Source: the human T2T-CHM13v2.0 reference genome, Homo sapiens. Taken from it: DNA of 64,000 nt. The stretch lies in assembly GCF_009914755.1 (NCBI RefSeq), contig NC_060932.1. The stretch is one strand, 5' to 3'. The position numbers were made by a program, and so were the translations under genes. The notes under the pieces were generated by a model. It was not told the DNA's origin. It worked only from the letters and a program-made list of their open reading frames with translations, and made no database searches. Below, one piece after another: positions 43,813 to 56,957 of this stretch (positions within the stretch are counted from its first letter, which is position 1; each line of letters starts with the position of its first letter).

Positions 43813-44093
43813 AGCTGGGCATAGTGGCTCACACCTGTAATCCCAGCACTCTGGGAGGCAGAGGTGGGCAGTTCACTTAAGGTCAGGAGTTTAAGACCAG
43901 CCTGGCCACCATGGTGAAACCCTGTCTCTACTAAAAATACAAAATTAGCCGCGTGTGGTGGTGGACGCCTGTAATCCCAGCTACTCGGGAGGCTGAGGCA
44001 GGAGAATTGCTTGAACCCAAAAAAAGCAGAGGTTTCAGTGAGCTGAGATCGTACCACTGCACTCCAGCCTGGGCAACAGAGTGAGATTCCGTC
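43813..44093 (+). mobile_element. Alu (AluSx/Sz-like) lacking a poly(A) tail
   Basis: Dimer ending gagattccgtca followed by (TA)n. Confidence 0.93.
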
Positions 44094-44593
44094 ATATATA
44101 TATTCACATGATTTAGGAAATTCTGTATTTCAGCATCACAGTATAAAGACTTAAGTTCTAAGAGTTGATATTGCTGTAGATGTTGGGAATGGAATCTTAG
44201 GAGTAACCTTTACCGGAGGCAACTTCTACTGCCCTTGCTACCTTTGGTGTGACCTGAAACCCCCTTTCTTCATTAGTACCAAGTGACTTGTTTGCCACTA
44301 CTCAGCTGTCCCAGAATAGCTTGACTCCACACATCCATGCATTTCTAGGAAGAAATTAGGTGCATTATAAATAACGAGTCCTCTGAAAATGCCGAAGTGT
44401 CTTAATCTTTTGAAAAAAATTATCTCAAATTTACATTCACAAGGAGCCATGTCTTTTGCCACTAACTGAAACTCAGTAACAACACTGAAGTATGAGCTTG
44501 GGCCTTGTCTGACAATAAAAAGGAAATGCTAGGTCCCAGGGACCACTTCAAGATGTGCTTGTTCCTTTAAAGCAGGGAGTTGTCACATCCAAT

Positions 44594-44650
44594 TTTTAAC
44601 ACATATGTATATTTTAACACATATGCATATTTTAACACACATATATATTT
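44594..44650. repeat. 18-bp minisatellite x3 (ttttaacacatatgyata)
   Basis: Directly visible. Confidence 0.85.
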
Positions 44651-45356
44651 CTGATTATACTGTAAAACTGGTAAATTATTTTTAAAACATCATAAGGCCC
44701 CCAAATCCCAGAGAAAGTTGTTTCTATTACAATTTTAGTCTATTTGTCTCTTTTAAGTTTCTCTTCCCTCTGAGCATATGTATCTCTAATGCATGTCTGC
44801 TTATGTAGGCATATTTATACATACACCCTTTCTTTTACAAAACTGATATCAATTTTTGTATTTTAAATAAAATACAAATGTTTTACATTCTTTCTAAACA
44901 AGCAGACACTACTTTTGGCACCTCCCAATGCTGGCCAGGTCATGTTAACTACCCTTAATCAGCTTTTTTTCTTGCAATATTTGTAATATGCATCATCTCA
45001 GGGCAAGAGACAAATTAGATCATTTGAAGATTAATAAATCCTTACCTCTGTTTGGTTGCACTTAGCCAGCAAATTCATCACATGCTTAGTCTTTGCTTTA
45101 TTCTGGGCCATGTAGACTAGCTGTTAAGTGGAAAAAAAAAAAATTCTTCTTCGGGGCAGAGTGGCAGGATGGCTCTTTGGAAAGAGTCTTGGAGCAGGAG
45201 TCAAATGGTCTGGCTTTACACCCCAGCTATGCTTACAAAAGCTGGGTAACTTGCAGTTCCCTTACCACTAAAGTGGAAACATGGATGTCTAAAGCTTTTT
45301 TACAGCTAGAAAAGTCTATGCTTGGTTAGCATTGTGCTGATGCAATTCTGTTCCAG

Positions 45357-45394
45357 ATAACCGAGGGAGGGAATGGCGGTCCTCGCGTGAAGAC
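45357..45394 (+). other. candidate 38-nt cassette microexon embedded in an exon-intron hairpin
   Basis: ctgat branch-like motif (45337-41), ttctgttccag acceptor, GAC|GTAAGT donor, 7 CpGs in 45359-45425, inverted repeat spanning the donor. Confidence 0.55.
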
Positions 45395-46014
45395 GTAAGT
45401 AGACGTGCTATTACCCTCCTCGGTTGGCTCCAGCAATAAGCCTAATGACCTCTACAAAGCTGTTCTGTAATACAGAAGTAAACACTTACTCTGCACAATT
45501 TCTCCTTGCATGTGCTTCCCACTGGTAGAACATTATTCATCTTGTTGGTCTTTCCAAAGAGATTCATTACTTCCTTGCTCCTTCTTATTCATCCTTCATA
45601 ACAGAAATGCTAAAAGTCTGAAAGACGAGGAAGGGAGCACATTTCCTCCCTGCAGTCTGAGGAATGGCTGTATCTCTTCATGAGCACCAAGAGGAAGCCC
45701 CCAGATGGGTCCCTGTCCTTACAGCCTTGTTTCCATGTGCATTTCCACCCCAGCCTCTTCCATAATCGCTCCCCATCTCTATGCCCCAGCGATGCCAGTT
45801 GTTCCATCAAACACTGTCCTCTCTGTTCTCAGCCTCGGAGCTTCTGCTCCCTCTGTTAGGGGTGACTGATTCTCACCACCACCAGGCTAATTCTGACTGT
45901 TCTGGTTTCACCGCGGATGTCACCTCCTCCAAGAAGCTCTTCTCGACTTTCTGCCTGCAGACCCTCATCTAAGCTTTCACAACACCCTGTGTTCTGTGTT
46001 TACACCCACCCAAC

Positions 46015-46486
46015 TTTTTCTTTTTTAAATTTTATTTTAAGTTCTGGGATACATGTGCAGGACGTGCAGGTTTGTTACATAGGTAAACGTGTGCCATGGT
46101 GTTTTGCTGCCCCTATCAACCCTTCACCTAGATATTAAGCCCCACACGCATTAGCTGTTTGTCATAGTGCTCTCCCTCTGCCCACCCCCCTGACAGGTCC
46201 TGGTGTGTGTTGTTCCCCTCCCTGTGTCCATGTGTTCTCATTGTTCAGCTCCCACTTATGAGTGAGAACATGCTGAGTTTGGTTTTCTGTTCCTTATGTT
46301 AGTTTGCTGAGGATGGTGGCTTCCAGCTTCATCCATGCAAAGCACTGGATATCATTCCTTTTTATGGCTACATAGTATTCTATGGTATATATGTACCACA
46401 TTGTCTATCCAGTCTATCATTAATGGGCATTTGGGTTGGTTCCATGTCTTTGCTATTGTGAATAGTGCTGCAATAAACATATGCAC
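46015..46486 (-). mobile_element. L1PA (PA8-10-like) 3' end
   Basis: ttttattttaagttctgggatacatgtgcaggacgtgcaggtttgttacataggtaaacgtgtgccatgg...cagctcccacttatgagtgagaacatg...gtgaatagtgctgcaataaacata. Confidence 0.92.
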
Positions 46487-47137
46487 ACTCACCGAACTTT
46501 GCTTCACTGTCTATCAGAAAACTGCCAGTTTTTCAGTTGCATTTATCTCCTAGAATATAAAGGCTTTGAATAGATCCAATGGTCTTGTTTACCATTGAAT
46601 CTGATACCTAACATGGAATCTGACACCTGCTAGACACCCTCAGAATGTCTGTGAAATGATGTAACTCTACGTGATGTGTGTCTACTCATAGCTGTAAAAT
46701 GAGTGAGCCCTCCTGTAGGTCACAGTGTCCAGCAGACTGGCAGGGACCTGATATGAACATCACAGAGGAAAAAAACACATACGAAACAATTAATGCTTGC
46801 CATTGGGCCAAATGCTTTGTATGTGTTATTTCATTTATATTTTTATTTAATACTAAGCAGACTTCATGTACCCTGTATTTTGCTAGGCAGTGGAGTACAT
46901 AGAAAGGAACAGAAACTGCGTATCTTGTCTTCCCAACTGAAAGGAGACGATTAACCTACTTGAAGATGTTAGAATACAAATACATGATATCTGAGGACAG
47001 GGTGAAGAAAAACAAACAAATAAGAACATGAAAAACTGTGTTTGTCTTGACTATTCAGGATATGAAAGTGCCGCAACATTCATGTATCTAGAAACTCCAT
47101 GAAGGAATCTACACTTAGGGCTTAAAGAATCCTAAGG

Positions 47138-47437
<300 letters not shown>

Positions 47438-47739
47438 CTAAGGATTCCTGGTTCCTGACAGGTGCTTGTTCCTTGAAGTATACTTGTGCCGGGAAGCAAA
47501 TCTTCTCTCTCTCGTTTTGAACTTGGAGGAGACAGCAGCTCCCTTCTCCTTTTCATACAGGTTATTGTTTATAAGAGCAATGTGATGAAAGCTTCCTCTG
47601 CTAAGACTGCAACTCCAGCGTTACCTTTTCTTTACCTCACCTTGATCCTCGGTGTGAAACTTCACTCATTACTGATGCATTGCAATTAACAGATCTCCTC
47701 TTTCAAGACACATTAGGGTATGTTCTGACTATCAGCTCC

Positions 47740-47771
47740 AAAAAAATAAAATAAAATAAAATAAAATAAAA
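47740..47771. repeat. (AAAAT)n microsatellite
   Basis: Directly visible. Confidence 0.85.
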
Positions 47772-48816
47772 CACATTAGGAAATTTAAATGAATTAGTGT
47801 AATCAGCTGAGATAGTACTTGAAAGGGACCGTGTAGGCTTGTGGTGGAATAGGTACTTTCAGACAGAAGTCTCTAGAATATTCCTGAGGAAGTATTTTCT
47901 CCTGCCCTTCAATGAATAGAGTGGTAAGGTTTGTGAAAAGCAGGCCTCTGGCCTGAGTTAGGGAAATTATATATTGTTTGTCCAAAGTAGTAAACTCTGT
48001 CTAAAATGAAACTCTAGACTAGATATTATTTTTTGATGTTAGATGTATACGTTCTCTCCATGATTTAGCAGACTTTCCAGGGAATGATGAGTCTCCCCTC
48101 TACTGAATACTATAAACATGTTATCTCAGTGGGAAAAATAGAAAGAGATCCAGAGAAGAAGAGGGAACATCTTGCTTTTGAAGCATCTCTGCTTACGAGT
48201 CCATAGGAAATAAATTACATTTCCCAGGGTTCTGATTTGGTTTTTAATAACTTACTGGCCCTGCTAAACAAGACACTCAGGAGAAAGTGCATGTGAATAG
48301 ATGGAGATCTACATTTTTAGAAAATATGTTTCTTTCTTTTGGGATCACAATCAGAACATAGGCATCATTGAAACAAAGCCGAGGAAGAAGAATTTTCTCA
48401 TGCTATGCAGAAGTTTTCTGTTAAAGATATCAGAGGCTTTGCACCCTGAGAGCTGTAATCTTCTCTCCTTGAGTTCTTCATTGAGATTTACTGCAGAGGC
48501 CTCAGATGTGTTTATTTCTATTATCCAGTTGCTCCTAATATTACTTGCAATTGTTTTGGCATGAGGGTTAGAAATTGCAAGAACTCCTAGCTCGAAATCA
48601 CAGAACGTACACAAAGACAAAACAGAAATAAAGCAGAACAAATGCAAGGATAAAATAGATAAAAATATCTCCCCACCCTAATTGTGCTCTTTTAAAGGAA
48701 TGCTATTGAAATGACAAATGAAGGAGATTTCTACCTGTTGTTATATAGCTGGGCAGAGTGACATTTTTGGCTGTATTCTAGTGTTGAGCAGTTGCAAAGC
48801 TTTCTTTCCCCCTGAA

Positions 48817-48832
48817 GCAGTAGAGGGTGCTA
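48817..48832 (+). promoter_or_regulatory. candidate CTCF motif
   Basis: GCAGTAGAGGGTGCTA vs core CCAGTAGAGGGCGCTA (14/16); motif only, binding unknown. Confidence 0.3.
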
Positions 48833-50924
48833 TGTGGATATAATTGAAGAGATGCTAAGTTTCTATATGACGCCAGGGCTTAGGGACTGCCCTCTCTTTT
48901 CAAGCCACTTGCTTTTCCCAAAATAACTAAGAAAAGGGAGAAAAAAAATGAGTACAGAGGCCATGCTAGAAGACATAGATAAAATATTAAGTCTTAAGAA
49001 AGGTAGGAAATAATCAGATTCTAAAGTTCTCACAAGGTTTGGTATTTTGAAGTATTTGGCAGAAGGCAAGGGTATGGAAAACTTTAAGAAATTGTAAGCT
49101 TAGGACTTTATCGTAAGCTTAAGACAGAGATGTTATCTGTCTGAAAACAGAGGGAAAATTTTGAACAGAGTGATTCTTGTAATAAGAGAAGACTTTTGAC
49201 AAGTTATGAATTCCTTGAATTTCATTATTTTTTCTTGCTGTTTAAGTAGTATATATTGTATATTTGATGACAGTCAGATTTTACTGATAGAGATTTGAAA
49301 TATATTTTGATAGGGCTACCTCATGCTTTTTGTAGAATCAAACATTTTAGAGCTGTTCAGCCCCTTGGAGCCATTAAGTACAATCTTAATGTTTTTGCAT
49401 AAGGAGACATTGGCACCAAGAAGTTAAGTGACTTAACCTGTAACAGGCTGGTCCAAACATCCGAGCCTCAACTAGAACCAGTGTCCTTACCCCTGGTCCA
49501 AAGCTCTCTGTCTTTTGCTACCCTGCTTTGAGTTACAGCATTTTATATGCTGACAATACATAATCCTAATACATTTATATATTGTTTTCACTTACAAAGC
49601 AGTTTATGTACATTTTTCCACACTTATGTACCAAAACGTCCTTTGAAAATATGTTATTTGTTGATTTACTCAAAGAAGACTTGCCCAGTTTTATGACAGG
49701 CTGAGAAGTTAAGTCTCCTGTTGCAATTCCGTTTGCAATTCAGTATCCATTACACCTGGTCAATCAAGTTTCTTATTAATCCCACGTTTTCCCTGCCTGT
49801 AAACTCCCTTCTTAGTGACCGATTTTGCTATTTTGTGTGAGCACTTGAGTAAAATTCAACTGACTCAGAGTAGGGAATCCTGGCTGGATTAATGGGATTG
49901 TGTAACACCTTCATCACTTGAGGCCCAGATAGGAGTGACTGTGCGATGTAAAAAAGGCTTGCCAACACCACTGATGTTTGACGTGAAGGTGAAAAGTTCA
50001 GTGGCCCAGAGAAGTGCTTTAAGGGTTCTTCTTAAATCTAACACCTGAGGAACACCTTCAGATTATCCAGCAGTTGTGATCCCCTATGCAGTGTCTATTT
50101 GTCTAGACTTCTTCCCCAACACACATTCCCTAGTACATTTAAATGGAAAGAAAGGTCTGGGAGGTTATTTGCAGGGGTGTTGATGGAAACAGGACCCATC
50201 ACAGCTAGGGTCATGTTATCAGAGTGCAGATTTTGAATTCCTTTCTGCCTTTCCTGCATGACTTTAAGTAAGAAAATGGTCACCTTAAATTTGCCCAATA
50301 AGACTCAGCTTGGAAATCATTCTTGGGATGCAGAAGGATCTGGTCCAGAAAGCTTCAGAGAAGCCTTGAGAACTGCCTATTCAAGAGGAGAAGAAGGCTG
50401 AGAGAGGGAACCTGCAAAGATCTAGCAGGAAAAGAGTCTTCTATGTGCAAACAACACTAGACCCTTTCCCAGAATTGGGGCACTAACAAAAGATAATGCC
50501 TCTGAAATATTGGGAAAATTGTTGGAGAATATGATCTCGTTCCCTATGCTGTCACTCCAGGTAACACCCATGATGCTCAAAGGATTTTTTTAAATTAAAA
50601 GGAGTACCACTTTATTTAACAGGTAGAAAATTATGGAAATTATTATACCAAGAAAGGACATAGGCTAATAACATAAATTAGGCTTAAGGAGAGTTTCATA
50701 AATTATGTATCTCCAATGGATTAATGAAGGAAATTAGGAATAATTTTTATATTATCTCTACTTTTTTACTTATATATTTGGACTTGAGGTTTTCTGCATA
50801 TAATATGCACACTAATATAAATATTAATATAATGCTAATACAAAGGAATACTCTCTCAGAGATTGTGCATTAATGTATGTTTCAGTGACAAAATATAGTG
50901 CGTGACCTTAGCCCCAGGAGGAAG

Positions 50925-51170
50925 AATAGGATATGTGAAAGAACCTAAGATTTTGAACCCAGGATAACCTGGTTTTAAGCCCAGGTCTGCTACTTAAGAG
51001 CTGTACGACTGTGAGCAAGTTATTTTAAATTGCTGGATCTTGTTTTCCTCATTTACAAAATAGAAACACTGATATCTGCATCATACATCATACTATTGTT
51101 ATGATTTTTAAATTAAAAATATATGCCAATGAACCTAGCAATTGGTGACCATATTGTAGGTACTTCATGG
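50925..51170 (+). mobile_element. MIR SINE
   Basis: acctggttttaagcccaggtctgctactta.gagctgtacgactgtgagcaagttattt...gttttcctcatttacaaaatag. Confidence 0.75.
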
Positions 51171-51300
51171 ATATCTGCCTCTTCCTTCCATGTGCAAAAG
51201 GAATTCTGGCATCATCTTTTATAATTACTAGGAATTTTTTACTGCCTTCAGAAAATATTTCTAGACTTATCCTGCTAATTTTTGTTTAGAAGTTAGCCTC

Positions 51301-51682
51301 TGTTTCAGTCCATTCTCTCATTGCTATAAAGAACTACCTGAGACTGGGTAATTTATAGAGAAAAGAGGTTTAATTGGCTCGTGGTTCTACAAGTTGTACT
51401 AGAAGCATGGCTGGAAAGGCCTCAGGAAGCTTACAATCATGGCAGAAGGTGAAGAGGAAGAAGAGAAGTCTCAAATGACTGAAGCAAGAGGAAGAGAGCA
51501 ATAGGGGAGGTGCTACACACTTTTAAACAACCAGATCTCAGGAGAACTCACTCACTATCACAAGAAAAGCAAGGGGAAATCTGCCCCCATGGTTCAATCA
51601 CCTCCCACAGGGCCCCTCCTCCAACACTGGGGATTACAATTCGACCTGAGATTTGGGTGGGGACACAAATCCAAACCATACA
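51301..51682 (-). mobile_element. MSTA MaLR solo LTR
   Basis: agtccattctctcattgctataaagaactacctgagactgggtaatttat...aggcctcaggaagcttacaatcatggcagaagg...gagatttgggtggggacacaaatccaaaccata. Confidence 0.9.
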
Positions 51683-52970
51683 GTCCCTGAATATATATGT
51701 GCAGAAATAGACTGCTCACCTAGACTTCAAAAGACATGTCATCATTACGCACCTCTGAGACATTGTATGGTCTTGGTTTTAAATTTCTTGAGTAATCTGG
51801 TTAATTCTGATACTAGCGATCAACAGCTTTGGTGTAAAGGTAGGTCAGATTGGTGATATATTGCTACAGCAATTTGAGGAAATCAATTTCCTCCCTAAAA
51901 GTTTTGACAATCTTGTTTATTTATATATTTTATGGTGGTGAGGGGAGAAATTATTCTTGAGATCTTGCTTCTTTGAAATATGGTTCTTCTCAGGAATATC
52001 CTATGTTATTAGATGATCTAAAACACTGTGGCACTTCTTAAATAACCAATACTTAAGATACCATGAAAATTACAACCCCCGTGAGATATAGTATCAATTA
52101 AACTATGCCATATACCTCGATTGGTTGAGTTCCATCCACTAGTCAATTTCAAAATTACCTCGTAAATCACTAAGACAATAGGAAAGAAAGCCTTACTATA
52201 ACTTGCCTTACTATAACTTGTCTTACTCCCAAATTTAGCAATATCTTTTTAGCTTATTGATGGTATTTCAGGAAAATCAAATGTAGTTCCACATTATAAG
52301 GATGGAGACATGTGTTACCTCTTTATGTTCCTGTATGGCAAATTAGTTGATACTCTTTGGTCTTGTCGACATCTCTTTAACCTTGTAAGATTATAAAGGT
52401 TAGAATCATGTTTACCACCTGTAAAAAAAAAAAAAATCTGACAGCAGTGGGTTTTTTTTTTTTCTTCTTCTTCTTTTTCTCCACCACATCCCCTGATAAT
52501 GATTTCCATGGGCTGGAAATACTGGGAGGAGAGAAATATTTAGTTGAATTCATTTTAAATGAAACCAATAGCTTCACTAGTGATCTCATAACCTCAAAGC
52601 ACTTTACAAACTGAGTAATCATTGAAGATGCTAAATATAGTAAATACAATGTTTAAAACCTTCACAAATAAATCCATATTAAAGTCTTATTCTACCACAA
52701 AGTAGCTTTGCTTTTGATATACCTTTTAAAGTCATGGATTTCTTGATGGAGATATTGAGTTGGGTTGTTCCTGTTGCTTTTTGTTTCTTTGATTTTTTTT
52801 TTCTATTATATAAGCTAGACCTCACTCTCTTAGTCATTTCATTATATGTAGAGACAAGATGCTGCCTTAACTAGAGCTTTATTCCAGGTGCCCAAAGGTC
52901 TTCATTTAGTTCCTAGCTCAATTCGTGAGTAAATATTTCTTTTCCAGCTTTAAAATTTTTTAAATGACAT

Positions 52971-53150
52971 TGTCAGGCACGGTGGTGCATACCTGTATCC
53001 CCAGCTACTTGGGAACCTGAGATGGGAAGATCACTTGAGCCTGGCGGTTCCAGTCTGTAGTGCACAGTGATCATGCCTGTGAATGGCCACTGTACTCCAG
53101 CCTGGACAACATAGCAAGACCCCATCTCTAAAAAAAAAGAAAAAAAAAGA
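52971..53150 (+). mobile_element. FAM (fossil Alu monomer)
   Basis: Monomer containing the FAM-type gcctgtgaatggccactgtactccagcctgg..aacatagcaagacccc and an A tail. Confidence 0.8.
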
Positions 53151-53290
53151 ATGATAGCATTTCCTTTACTTGTGGAGATTTTCTGACTATAACATGCACA
53201 CTATTATTATAAAATAATAGACTTTACAAAATATAATGGTTGTAGTTTCATTTGCACTAAATAACGATAAACCTTATTTAAGTGCAACCT

Positions 53291-53296
<6 letters not shown>

Positions 53297-53321
<25 letters not shown>
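53297..53321. repeat. (TA)n microsatellite
   Basis: Directly visible. Confidence 0.95.
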
Positions 53322-55759
53322 CCCATTAATTTGATTGTTTTTAATGTAGCCATGGACATGGAGAGTTCACAAATTATAATTTATAAATGTATTAAGATAG
53401 AATAATTGCAGAATAGAAGGATTTTTAAACAATTTAAATAGTCACCATTTCTGCCACCCATTAATCCTATATATTGGTTCTAGGACTTATTCCTGGAGTT
53501 ATATCCTGCACATTGGCTTCAGGCATGAAGGACTTGATCCCACATCTTCTCCAGTGGGATTGTGGAGATCGTGTCACTGCTGGCCTGTCCTGCAGGCTCT
53601 TGTGGTGATCATTATAAAAGCCAGCCCTGGGGTAGCTCAGGACAGGAAAGGAAGGATATTCTGAAATGATTTTCTCCTTTTAGTTAACACATTTTGGTTC
53701 CAGAACACTGAGCAAATCATCAACTGAAGCCCCATGATATATTTTCAAAGAGTGAATTTCTCTTACCTGACTGAGGCATTTTATTCTATAATAGCAATTC
53801 TCTGGGTTTTTTTTTTTTTCATACTTATAACAAAGCGGATTAATATATACTCACCTAAGACACCAAAGATACTGATGGCTTTCACCACTCTATCTAAGCA
53901 GGAGTAAACACCTGGGAACTAGAAATCTGAGAAAGAGGACAACACCCAACACCACCTAACTATGGCCCTCGATACAGTCATTTAACTTAATAACCTTCCG
54001 TGAGAGTAAGGTCATTATGAAATATGCTCGGTTTTACACAAAGCTTTAAAAAAAGCCACATAAAATAGTATATGAGGTCACCTCTGATTCCTATGTAAAG
54101 AAGATTCCTCCTCCCTTCCCTCATTCATTGTTCTCCACACTCTACTCCACACCTCCCCTCACCCTGCAATCCAACTTATCAAAAGTTTAATTTTCCCTTT
54201 CCAAAAGCAATGTACTTGAAATTCCTATTCTTAGTTATGTGCATTTTGGTTTCCTCTTTGATTTTCCTTTTTTTCCAGGTTTCCTGTTGATACCAACATG
54301 AATCTCAAGGGCTTCCCTTTGCTTCTTTTGGAAAAAAATAAAGAAAAGAGACTGATTTAGAGCCTATAGGGTGGAAAATCACAGCCAGGAAAAGGCAGGC
54401 ATAGCATGCAGCAGTTCAGAGACAGGGCTCACCCGCCCATCTCTTCCATCAGCCACCTCCCTGGTAGGGCATCCCTTGGAACAGAAGCCAGCAATGGTCC
54501 TGCAGGGATTGGAGAATTGTGAGCTCTAAATGATAAAACGTTGAGTCATAGGTTATCACTGTACAGAGTGATCCTTTGGCCTCTGCCTTGAGGGCACGTA
54601 AGCCATTTTTTCCTTACTTGTTGGAATTTGATTCATTTCCTCTTTTTCTCCTTTAGCTCTCTAATCTAGAATTCTCAGTTTATCTATAAAAGGATTCAAT
54701 ATCTGGGTTGATCCTGAGGAGTCAAAGGGTTGGTTTTGTGAGCAGATGGGTGGCAGACAATAGCTTTTGTAGAGATGCCTCTGAATGAGCCCACATGGTG
54801 GGGCTTTGAGAAGCCTAGTGTGGAATCAGTAACAAAGTCCACCTTGGAATAATAGTACCATAGTTTCAGTAACTGCTGATTCCAAAAATGTTTCCTATCA
54901 CACATCTTCCTCATCTGCCTCTCACAACAATCGTGTCAGGAGAAAGCTAATCCAACTATAAAGTGGCTACGTGATCAGAAATGACAGGATGGGTTCATTG
55001 CAATGTCAAGCCTCAGTAGTTTTTCATCAAAGCCCTCAAAAAAAAAAAAATTCCACCCCAAACTGATTGTGTATTATTCAACCAGACTTCTGGTATCTTC
55101 AGGCACACTGTTTGCAAAGGCCAGGCATCTCTTATGTCCTGCTGTCTGTAGACCTCTGTGGTTTATGGATGGGAAAACTCAAACAGTCTGCTCTTAGATG
55201 GTCCTTATTGCAGAAAGCAGGCTTATGCCCTGTAAGCCGGGGGTATCTCCAAATCGTGCAGGAGGAGAGGTACTGATTGCTCATTTGCTTCTTCTGTGCC
55301 TTAAAATCACCATCCTTGTTAAAGAAATGCAAGCATTGAGTAGAGAAGTGTCTTGCTTGGGCTTGCTTTTGAGTACTGGGAATTCAGCTTTCCTGCTTTG
55401 GAAACCTGAGTTGGGATGTAGGTGTGTAGCAAAAGGAATGGGTGGAGGCTTCTAACTAATGGGGAAGGCATCTCTGAAACAAGCTGAGATGTGGATCTGG
55501 GATTCTGGGAATCAAATAATTCTTCCCAGCACCAAACTTTGATGAGAGAATACTTTAATGTCTGTGGTTGCAGAATAAATATGATTCACTCTGAGGATTC
55601 TGCACTGCAATTGAATATGTCAGAAAAGGCAAATAAAAAATTGGAAAATTTATCTGTAAATAGTTCTCAATAGTTTTAGAAGAGCTTCCAAGGACATTAA
55701 TTTCTTCCTAGCCATTATTTATTAAAACCTTCAGGATAGCATCTCATTTTTTGGCCACA

Positions 55760-55995
55760 CTAATGTAGCAACTAAGTGTGCAGGCCCTGGATTCAGAGCT
55801 AAATCTGACTCTTTCAAGCTGTAAGCCCTTGAGAAATCTACATAAATCTCTCTGTGCCTCATTAATGTCAACTGTAAAGTGAGGAATAATGATATTATGT
55901 ATTTTGTAAGGTTGTCCGAATGTTTAAATTAGATTATAATACTTAATATTAATTGACCACTTTGGAAGTGAGCATTGTTCTAAATGCTTTAAGTA
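55760..55995 (+). mobile_element. MIR SINE relic
   Basis: caggccctggattcaga...agctgt..cccttgagaaa...tctctctgtgcctca...ctgtaaagtgaggaataat. Confidence 0.6.
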
Positions 55996-56319
55996 TGAAT
56001 TTTATTGTCATCGCCATCCATATCAATTATCCTTATTTATTATGCTGTTATAAGAAGCTTTGATTTCACAAAGAAAGAAATTCAACACTTAAGGAGGAGG
56101 CATGAGAAAACATCTTATTGAGGTTTTTAATCATCTTCTAGTGAACCAAGCAAGACTGAACCTTTATTGCAATGTTTTACTAGGCTTTATAGCACTTTTA
56201 AAGGGTCAGGTAAATAAAGTCATAATTCAAAACAGCTGTTACGGGGTGGGGCACAATGGCATTGATATCAAGAGACTCTAGTACTGAATCAGTTACTTCC
56301 TATTTATATAATTAAAAAA

Positions 56320-56621
56320 TTTTTTTGTTGTTGTTTGTTTGTTTTGAGACAGAGACAGCTCTGTCCCCCAGGCTGAAGTGCAGTGGCACAAACGTGGCTC
56401 ACTGCAGCCTCAAACTCTCAGGCTCAGGCCTTTCCCACCTCAGCCTTCTGAGCAGCTGGGACTATAGGCATGTGCTGCTATGCCTGGTTAATTTTTTATA
56501 TTTTGTAGAGATAGGGTTTCACCATGTTGACCAGGCTGGTCTGAAACTCCTGGGCATAAGTGATTCTCCTGCCTCGGCTTCCCAAAGTGCTGGGAATATA
56601 GGCATGTGCCCACACCTGGCC
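56320..56621 (-). mobile_element. AluJ-type
   Basis: Diverged antisense dimer (gctcactgcagcctcaaactc). Confidence 0.9.
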
Positions 56622-56957
56622 TATTTGTATAATTTTGAATAAATCATTTAATCTTGCTGAGCCTCAAAAAGCAAGCTTTAAATAAAGAATAAATTAAAAA
56701 TTAAAAGGTTGAATTAGGTGATATCAAAGGTTCCTTTCACATCTATGATTCTAAATATTACTCAGTATTTACTCTGTGCAGAATGTCTATTTCCACAGGC
56801 TATTGCTTACAGCACAACACAGTGATCATATTCCTCTTTCGTAACTAGGGAGCTGAGCACCACGATGCTGGCTACTGGCAGAGTTTATCCCTCAGCCCAT
56901 ATTAAGTCTAGAAATGATTTTGTCCAACTGATGTTTTCTCTTCACATCAGATGTCAC

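Noticed and set aside
45359-45425. Self-cleaving ribozyme, tRNA or snoRNA interpretation of the hairpin
   Set aside because: No hammerhead CUGANGA/GAAA core, no HDV-type nested pseudoknot, no cloverleaf, and no C/D or H/ACA boxes in the proper arrangement
52191-52227. 15-bp tandem repeat ccttactataacttg x2.4
   Set aside because: Ordinary short slippage duplication with no further structure
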